DNA from: Entomortierella parvispora E1425
Taxonomy: Eukaryota; Fungi; Mortierellomycota
NCBI GenBank assembly: GCA_020891255.1
Contig: BQFW01000001.1
Location: forward strand, 1,054,001 to 1,118,000
Direction of reading: 5' to 3'
DNA: 64,000 nucleotides
The notes beneath the pieces are model-generated. The model was not told where the DNA came from. It was given only the letters and a program-made list of their open reading frames with translations, and ran no database searches. How positions within the stretch are numbered: position 1 is the first letter of the stretch; every line of letters starts with the position of its first letter. Made by a program: the position numbers and the translations under genes. Below, piece after piece: positions 55,932 through 64,000 of this stretch.

Positions 55932-58245
55932 ATGATCATATGGGTTCTCTCTGGCGCGAGCCATTGTTTCACCTACTTCGCTGCATTCTCATTCGTGCTG
56001 ACATCCGCGCTTGGCTCACTTGTCCTATCCACGACAGCTCTGGCGCAACAGCTTCTGCTTCTACTTCTTCCATCTGATGGGCACAAACGCTTCCAGAGCC
56101 TTCAACTGGATCTTCGTCACCTCCGTAGGACCCCAGCATCGGTTGTGGCCCTTCAACTTCCAGAGATAGTTGATTGTATCCTTAGACAGCTGCCACAAGG
56201 GTCACTCTGTCATTCTCGTCTTGTTTGCCGGTTGTGGGCTGAGTGTGGGCATCGGTTTCTACAGCATTCAATTCGTTGGTCCACCTCTGCCATGTGGGCG
56301 ATTCCAGGCATGGGGAAAGGGGCGTGTCGGGTAACGCGACTGCAGGACTGGATCGACACCACAACGACTCTTCGATGTAAAAGCGACCACCCAAATGTCC
56401 AGCACCACAATCAAATAAGGGGTGTCGAGATCAAGTGGATAGAGCTCATGGACGCTTTGGAAACCATGTCATTCCCACAGAAACGGCGTATATCTGACCT
56501 TTTCCATGATGGATCCGAAGAGGTCAATGAGAGCAAGACTCAAGTAACGAGGCCGTACTTGCGCGAGGTTATCCTGGACCTTGGTGGAGAATGTCCTTCA
56601 CGTTTCCGACGCATGTTGCCATATCTAACTCAGATCACAGCTCTGGACTTGCGCACCACATACACCGATTCCTGTTCCATAATCGAATGGATCCATCAAT
56701 TACCCAACCTCATCTCCCTCAGAGTGGAGAGTCACAGTTCGCTGAGAATCCAATACTTGCCGCTCTTGCCCCCAGCAACCCAGCGACCCGCAAAGCACGG
56801 GCCACTAGTGCTGCAGAATCTTGTCCTGCAATTTGTATTGGTTACTGAAGATACACTTGAAGGTCTGCTGTCCATGTCCCCAAATCTTCGGATCTTCAAG
56901 GTTCTTGAAGTTCGGGGCCCTGCTTCAGAGGCAGGACAGCCAGATCCGCTTGCATTCTGTCGATCGCGCTCAAAATATTTCCAGCACGTTCACCAGATGT
57001 GTCCTCTCCTAGAGTCTTATCATTTTTCGATTTATCCCGAGAGAGTCGATGACCTGTCATCTTTGATAGAAACAATGTCTGCAAGTAACGTTAGTCGGTG
57101 GCAATTTACCGCAGACAACTTCAAGAGCTCTGCTTTCCAAGGTCTTCGTGGAACCGTTGGTCAGACCCTCACTGACTTGGAGATCACCTTCGACAGAGCG
57201 GGAGATTGTCACGAGCAATTGCACGGTTTCCTTTGCCACGCCCCACATCTGCTTCACCTCAGAGCGCATGCGACAAAATTTCCAATGGAGTATTTCTACG
57301 AGGTCCCTGGTTCAAATATGAACCTAATGGCTTGGGGTCATAGTAAACTCATCTGTCGAAATAGCGATAGAGAAGAGTGGGTGGCACCCTCGGGGCGGTG
57401 GGCTTGCAAAAACCTGAGAACACTTCACTTACGATTGGCCTCTAGTGAAAACTGGGGAATGAACTCATGGAACGGTTCTGAAGCTTACAAGATCATGCAC
57501 CGACTAGCGGGAAACTGGACGAGAAACACGCTGGCGTATATCAGCTTCGTCTGCCCAAAGGTAAATTTTTGTAACAAAACGATATTTTGATGTCTTATTC
57601 ATGTCTTCTGATACTGGATATGGTCCCTGTTTTTTCTTACAGATACAAGATCTTCAGTTGGGCTACGACATGGATCTCTCGGAAGAAGGAGGACTGTTCC
57701 TTCTCTCAAAACTAGATCGTCTCGAGAAGCTGGTCCTGTGTTCCAAGACCACGTCAATAGAGTCGATTGGATTCAAGGATCTAGCTTGGTTAGCGCGACC
57801 GTCAAGACTTTCAGAACCATGGGACATGATAAGGCACAAGAAATTGGATCTGGAGCTGCTGGGAGCTGCTGTAGCTGGAGGGCTGACTCTCGTCCTGCCT
57901 CAGCGTTCAAGACAAGCGACTGCAAAGCGACGAATTTATCGAGCATTCGATCCTAATGAGAAGCGACGGATCCCTCCTTTCGATCATAAAGAGAGTTCGT
58001 TCGATGATGACGGTGATGTCCTTCGCCATCTTCAGTCGTCGCCACTGGCGATCCACGAGCAGCGAGCACGGAACCAAGAGAAGCTTTGTTGGCCAAAATT
58101 AATTCAATTTGTCGTAGTGCTGGACCCCATCATGCGGGTGCAGAGTCAGCCAGGATGTTTGAAATTCACAAGACTTGTTAATCGACTTCGGCCCGAAGTT
58201 GACTTTCGAATGGTGCCCTCAGGAGGCTGGGAGCTTGATCCTTGA
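55932..58245 (+). CDS. F-box-like / degenerate LRR protein, at least 2 exons; start uncertain
   Basis: F-box-like ALQLPEIVDCILRQL..SRLVCRLW; MSPNLRIF, MCPLLESY, WACKNLRTLHL. The intron 57561-57642 joins VCPK|IQDLQL. C-terminus has WPKL..F and LRPEVDF. Confidence 0.8.
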
Positions 58246-58565
58246 CTTTCGAAAGCTGTATTTTTGATCTGGGGACTGAACACAATAAATGACGAGCAGT
58301 GATGTGCATGTGAACGTGAAGACATGAGGTGGCGCAGCATGCAATCGGTTCGTGACAATCCTTCTCTCTCTTGAAATGGTGATGCCTCCACAAGGTCTTT
58401 TGACTTGGTTTGGCACGCCATAAGAGAAGCCCTGAACTGAGACGCGCAGCACATTCATGGGTGGGGAGTCATTTCACAGGACTGTGCGCACAACCATAAA
58501 AGAGAGTCCTCTTTGCCACCATTTCAGTTCTCTGCTCCCTTCTCGTCCTTCTCCTTTTCACCATC

Positions 58566-58601
58566 TCCACCCTCTCCACCCTTTCCACCCTTTCCACCCT
58601 C
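58566..58601 (-). repeat. Four tandem 9-bp units TCCACCCT(C/T); G3-N6-G3-N6-G3-N6-G3 on the minus strand
   Basis: tccaccctc tccaccctt tccaccctt tccaccctc read directly, about 440 bp upstream of ATG 59042. Confidence 0.8.
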
Positions 58602-59041
58602 TCTTTGTTCCATTCCATTCTTTGTCCTTTGTTCCACTCTCTACCCACTCATTCCCATCCCGTCGTTGTCCCTTTGTGGCGCCCCGCTCCTTGTCTGACT
58701 CATTAGCCTCCTGTCTGTGCTCTTCTCTGACTGCCAAAAGCCCCTTGACATCTGCGAATAGCGCAGTTCGAAAAAACCAGTGCTCCATCCCCTCCCCTCA
58801 TCTTCTTCACCTGAGCGCCAGCTGATTGCTGCTACTGCATCGCTCCTGCTTCGCCTAACTACGCTTCGCCCGGGGTGTTTCCTGTCGTCTGGACTTGAAT
58901 TTCCTGTTTTTGTACCCATCCATTCTCTCGTCCCTCCATCCTTTCCCATCCCTTTCCCTGTCCTTCCTTCCTTTCCTTCCGGACCCTCGTAGAAGTGAGA
59001 TAGCGACCTTCCAGCAACTGGATTATATATAAACGTTGAAA

Positions 59042-61342
59042 ATGGCCGACAAACTCCAGCAAAAGTTTGCACTGGTGCAGCAAATGAAGAGGGTAATGCC
59101 TTAACCATGTCTCCGTCTCGTCGCGGTGTCCTCCCCTCACCATTTTTTACACCATATCACCATGTGGGAGCTGGAAAATGTAAATGAAGGTCGCTAGATG
59201 CATGGAAATAATCACTAATGTCCATCTTTTTTGCTTCTTCTCTTGGCTCGCATCCCCCTATCTCATCTCCAATCACTACCCCTTCTTTTTTCGGTTCATT
59301 TGAACTTTCCACCCCTCTTTCTATCGTGTCTTCCTTTTCCTCCAGGAAAAGGAACTGAGAGAAGCAAAAGCCAAGGAGCACAAGCCCATCGACATTTTTG
59401 CAATTGCAGGAGTCAACCTTGCAGGTCCAGTTCATCATGCTATTTCTCGCCAGGACTTGTCGAGTCCACGCCCGCCATTGCCACGACGACAGTCCACGTC
59501 AACCTCGGTAGGAGGTACTACTTTAAAGAGACCGCATTCAGAAAGAAGCGTGTCCACCTCGAGCGACAACGTCTCTCCAGAAGTAGCAAAAGCGATATCA
59601 ACGGACAGTAGTATCCCTCCTGCGTCTTTATTGTCCTCAAGTGACCTAGAGGGCGAAAGTCCGGCGGGAAAGAAATTGAAGCGATCATCAATGGCCCGAG
59701 GCACGTCAACGACCGGTCAGAGACGACCCTCGACACAAGGTCCTGGTCTTGGTCAGAATACAGGATTGCAATCACCCACTCACAGCACCTCAAACAGACG
59801 CCTGTCTACAGTAAGTAGAAGCAGCACACACCCGAAGGGTGTGGAAAGTACAGAGACACAAAGCTCAAAGGCAACTCCATTTGCTTTGTTTTGATTTTGT
59901 CGCGTCTCGTACTCGTCTTCTTCCACAAGTGCTCACGGGCTAAAATGACCTTTCTTTTTCTTTTCTGACGACAGAGCATGCCGTCAGCTCCACTGTTGAA
60001 GAACCCGCCAGCTTCCTCCTTGGCACTATCCCCCAGCCACGAGGCAGTAAGCCCTACCAATGCCACAGCCACTCCACCAACGCCAATCCCATCCCCGAGA
60101 GGCGCCAAGGAAGACACAGCGTCCACCCAGTCCTCGGCACATCACCCACATCAGCATCATCCGCCGAGGGCAGAGGTGCACCACAATTCACAGAGCCTGG
60201 AGTGCCCAGAGGGAACACCCGTAGGAGCATGTGCTCGTACCCATACACAACCACGGCGCCTCTCCTTGGATGAAAACTCTGACGATGAACGCCCGTACAT
60301 GTATGTCTTTTTTTTTTGTTCTGGATATGTGGTTGAACTTTTCAATTCTAACACGTTTAAATGGGTTTGACACTATAGTCCTCCTCACCCATCTGCTCGC
60401 ATGGCTCCCGATGCACGATCGCCCCCACCAAGACGATACAGCAGACAAGAATCTTATGGCGGCTCCAGTCAACACAGTTATGTCTCCAGATCACGTTCGC
60501 CCTCTCGCTCTCCGAGAGGTACCAGTCGTCCTCGATCATTGTCACGTTCGGACACTAGCCATCCGTACAGTCCTCACAGTGATGACTACTCTCGTTCCAG
60601 GAGTCAGGTATTAGGTTCTAATCAGCCTGGTCACGATAACCAACACCGTTACTCCCGTCGCCCCACGGAGAATGGTTACGACCGGGACATGTTCCGTCGC
60701 GACTCTGCCATGACACCCGCCTCATTGGATCCCACAGACCCATTTGGTGTCGCCAATCGATGTGTTTATGTGGGCCAGCTTCCTGCTACTACAACACTGG
60801 ATAGTCTTCAAAAGGCATTCGAGGTTTTTGGTACAATCAAGGACATTAATTTTGTCGAAGGCGTCGAATATGGATTTGTGACCTTTAAGGAGCCAGAGGC
60901 AGCACAACGTGCGGTGAATAAGGCGAGTCTGTCTAATGTCGAAGTCGATACCAAGGAGTTAAATCCCAAGGACAGTAGCCCATCAGTTGAAGAAACCAAA
61001 GGCGTCTTGGTAGACGGTGTTGCTGTTGAAGTCAAGAAGGCAAAGTTGCCCGGTTCTAGCCTGGAATCAAGTTCTGGAGACGGTGCTTACCTGAACTCAC
61101 CTCCCTACCATCCACGAAACAGCTCCTCGCCTTCAGACTTCCCGCCTTGTGTGCCCATCATGAAATCTCGCTCAGTACACCAGCTTCCTTCAAAGCCTCG
61201 CGCGGTAGTTCCGTTGCCACCGAAACCTACAGGCGCAGCCGCATTTCCTCCCGCTCTTCCTTCGACTTTATCAGCAGATGCTGCACAGACAGCCACTCTC
61301 CCAGGACGAGCTCGACAAATTTTGAGCTATGATGATCTTTAA
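59042..61342 (+). CDS. Single-RRM nuclear protein, NELF-E-like architecture, about 599 aa, 4 exons
   Basis: Exons 59042-59092 (MADKLQQKFALVQQMKR|gtaatg), 59346-59810 (..RRLST|gtaagt), 59975-60294 (or 60300), 60379-61342; total 1800 nt in frame. RNP2 VYVGQL, RNP1 YGFVTF, an RS-rich tract before the RRM, C-terminus RARQILSYDDL*. The gene model is well supported; the NELF-E label is inference. Confidence 0.8.
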
Positions 61343-61621
61343 AAGCTCCAACGACTTCCTCCCTTTTTTTTTTCTCCTCGACATGCCCATGTACCATAGT
61401 CCCCCCCTTTTTTTTGAAGATAGTTTCCTCCATAAGATATGGATTCGACTTTGTATATTTGAAAGAGATCAGGTTGTAAGGTTGTAGAGTAGTGGCAAAA
61501 AAGAGGGGTGGGTATTGTCGAGGAAATGATTGACGACGTGGTCTGTGTTTGTTTGTCTGTGCAGCCCAAAGGCGGTAAGGAGACTCGGCAACACTATTTT
61601 GTTTCCTGAGGTCAGGGGTTT

Positions 61622-61732
61622 CTATGCAGTCTTAGGGCTGTTCACTGCGACAAAGTGGTAGCCGACAATGAGCAACATGGCCAAGCAGCAGACGCCGTTA
61701 GCGAATGCAGTGAGTTGAGTATCATTCATCAT
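61622..61732 (-). CDS. OST4: Oligosaccharyltransferase subunit Ost4 (36-aa single-pass small ORF), not in ORF track
   Basis: MMNDTQLTAFANGVCCLAMLLIVGYHFVAVNSPKTA* matches the Ost4 pattern M(I)xDxQL..FAN.......L+V.YH(Y/F)VAVN.PK. A probable 5'UTR intron 61908-61733 (AG|GTACAT..CATAG) ends immediately before the ATG. Confidence 0.92.
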   Translation of the reverse strand: MMNDTQLTAFANGVCCLAMLLIVGYHFVAVNSPKTA

Positions 61733-62227
61733 CTATGCATCGGTTGGAAGGTGTAAAAAGAAGACATGGTGACATTGTGAGCTACGCGTCCATGAATTTT
61801 TCCTTCATCCATCTTCGAGAAGAGTGATGCTGCTGTTGATGATGACATTGTGCTGTTGAGAGACGATGAGGCTGGAGATGTAGATGTAGACATGAAGTGC
61901 ACATGTACCTTGTGTGAGTTGACCGTGGAGAGATGTAAGGTGAGAGAGCAGTGTAGAGAAGGCGAATGATGCAATGCAGCAGTGATGCGTTTACCCGCCG
62001 AGAAAGGGGACCAGGGCTGTCAATTACAGAGGGGATCTATATTTGAACGAATCCGGAAGATCGAGTGTGCTGTGCAGCTGTGTTCCTGGGGAAAGCTAAA
62101 TTTGAATTTCGCGATGATTGAGGTTGACGACTTGCAGGTTTCGCTTAGACGAGGGGATGCAGATACCAGGATTCCATGTGGTAGTGGCAGCAAAGGAGGT
62201 CGTGCACTAGGAGCTTTAGAGACACAT

Positions 62228-62279
62228 TGCCAAGAGAAAGTGCACCTGCCTGCAGAGCGTTCTCTTGGCATGCCAAGAG
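62228..62279. repeat. Three copies of TGCCAAGAG in 52 bp, including a perfect 18-bp palindrome CTCTTGGCATGCCAAGAG (62262-62279)
   Basis: Read directly. 62228-62238 is also the reverse complement of 62260-62270. Confidence 0.85.
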
Positions 62280-63198
62280 TTTGATTGGCATGTTTGACCT
62301 GCTCTTACACATGTTGAGACAGCAGGGTCTTAACGATGCAGTTCCTGGCTGCGGCTGTGGCCCTTTAAGAAGGTACGCTCAAATTCGTGGAACAGAGTTT
62401 GTGAATCCTAGCTCAGACAGGGTTGCCTCAGTGGTGTTGTTCAACCTCACAAAAGCCTGAACACACGTTGCACAACAATTCACCTTTTGTTACCACACGG
62501 CGACGGGCGTCTTGACCCCTCCCAGCGGACAGCGAGAGTGAAAGAACACGAGAGGAATGCTAACTTGTAACCTTATACGATATTTTGCTTAGCTGGTGAT
62601 TTGCTAACTTACAGCCTCTCCAAGTGGGTTAAGGACCTTTGGGAGTTACTGTTGAAGGACAAATAGTAAAGTCTCATGAACAGAGGCAGGACTGTTAGGA
62701 CTGACCACCCACAGCGTGGATAAAGGTAAAATGATGTGGGCTGTTTTTTGCACATATACATCAGCAGTGTTTCGGTTGCCTTCAAGCTCGTTGCTATACT
62801 CACTTTGGCCCCCGCAACCAGACCATCCCGTTTTTAAAGTCGGTCACCGTATCGCCAAAAGAGTTTGTGGACGGCTGTTGCATTTTCTTTTAGGGCACAG
62901 GATTCCCCAGAATTGAGTTTTTCTCAAGCAGACAAAGCTCATAATTAAAGCCCAGCGAGTCAAGGTAAAATACAAACATACCGTACCATCGTTTATCTCC
63001 ACACTCATCTTTTTTGTATCAATGTTATAAATACCGAGGGAAGACAGGACAATTCTAACAGTGGCTGTTGCAATCTCCTTCATTCCTCCATATACCTTGC
63101 ATCGCCCTGCCTTTCTCCCCTCTCCTCCCCGCTGCTCTCTCCTTCATCACCAACTGATCCAATCTTTCTCAACTGCATTCGCCTGTGGCCTCTCTCCT

Positions 63199-64000
63199 AT
63201 GTTCAAAAACCTGAAAAAAGGTTCTGCCTTGGAGAACACCGCTCGATCCCACCCTTCGCCTGCCCTCAATCGCGACTCGGACTCTTCCTCTCAAAGCAAC
63301 GTGTTTGTCTATTCCTCCAGCACCACGAATCTCCAACCTCCTTCACAGCAATATCACCCTGGTACTCGTCACATCCCTATGGAAAGCCTCCACTCTGGTA
63401 TCAACATGGTCGACTTGAAGTCGAGTGAGCTCGAGCACGATCCTCTCCCACCCGCGGTCGACTTTTCAGGTGTCCACCCTACAGCCCGGTACCAATTTCG
63501 TGCCCTCGCGCGTCGTGCAGTGTCCTTCCATCGTCGACAACGATTCAGCAACATTTGCTGCTTGGTGATTTGGCCTGTCATGCTAGTCTTACTCTGCTTT
63601 GTGTTCTCAATCGTCATGGGGACCGGTACAACGCATGTGTCGGGCCAAGTCGAGTTCTGTTCCAATGATGCAAATCCCCAGACAAGTCCAGGTTTTAATC
63701 TCGACAAGCCAGATGTGGGACCTGCAGCCTGGTACCCTTCTGCATTCTCTAGTCGTGCTCCTAGTATGCCCTGCGTCCGTTGGTTCGGGGAATCGTACCC
63801 CTCCAAGGCTCCATATGAGAACGCTACCGCAGCAGCTATTTCTCAGCCCGACAGGTAAGCTAGTGACTCGAAAGAGAGGGCATCAATGGTAGAACAACAC
63901 GCAAGAGTTTACTCACAATCGATTATCAACCATATCTAGTTACTATCAGCCTCCCCCTAGCATGGGATGGTTCAACTTGAAGAAGGCTGAAGCTGCCGCC
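63199..64000 (+). CDS. Second half-size ABCA transporter, 5' part only (runs off the window)
   Basis: Exon 1 63199-63854, intron 63855-63939, exon 2 from 63940. P.VDFSGV.P..RYQ.R.LARRA.S.HRRQRFS.I.CLV.WP..LVL and MPCVRWF..SYP.K.PYEN..QPD are shared with the gene at 34541, as is the phase-2 intron position. Confidence 0.88.

Noticed and set aside
1-64000. tRNA, rRNA, CRISPR arrays, transposases/LTRs
   Set aside because: No cloverleaf or T-loop signature, repeat-spacer array, or RT/integrase/DDE motifs recognised by eye; tRNAscan-SE, Infernal and RepeatMasker would be needed to exclude them formally.

Overview
Eukaryotic, gene-dense fungal DNA with canonical GT-AG spliceosomal introns. The organism is most likely an early-diverging fungus of the Mortierellaceae; this is inferred from the style of the repeated F-box/LRR-like genes, half-size ABCA transporters and the FATP protein, not from a search. 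I can support about 27 protein-coding genes plus one pseudogene. Housekeeping genes: SDS22, MYG1, PSF3, mitochondrial ProRS, RCHY1-like, M1 aminopeptidase, FAT1, TMA46, ATG22-like, RPA49, OST4. Accessory genes: five F-box-like genes, two ABCA paralogs, a DHA2 MFS, a GST-like gene, a DUF229-like gene, a bacterial-type methyltransferase and several unknowns. PSF3, OST4, a GST pseudogene and several true first exons are absent from the supplied ORF track and were reconstructed by hand from splice signals. Best leads: (1) a 4-exon RRM gene at 59042-61342 whose architecture and C-terminal peptide resemble NELF-E, the pausing-complex subunit absent from model yeasts; (2) an actinobacterial-looking SAM methyltransferase carrying one spliceosomal intron (candidate horizontal transfer); (3) a DUF229/alkaline-phosphatase-superfamily membrane protein. 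I found no tRNA, rRNA, CRISPR array or intact transposon by eye. All homology calls come from motif recognition and recalled sequences; no database search was run.
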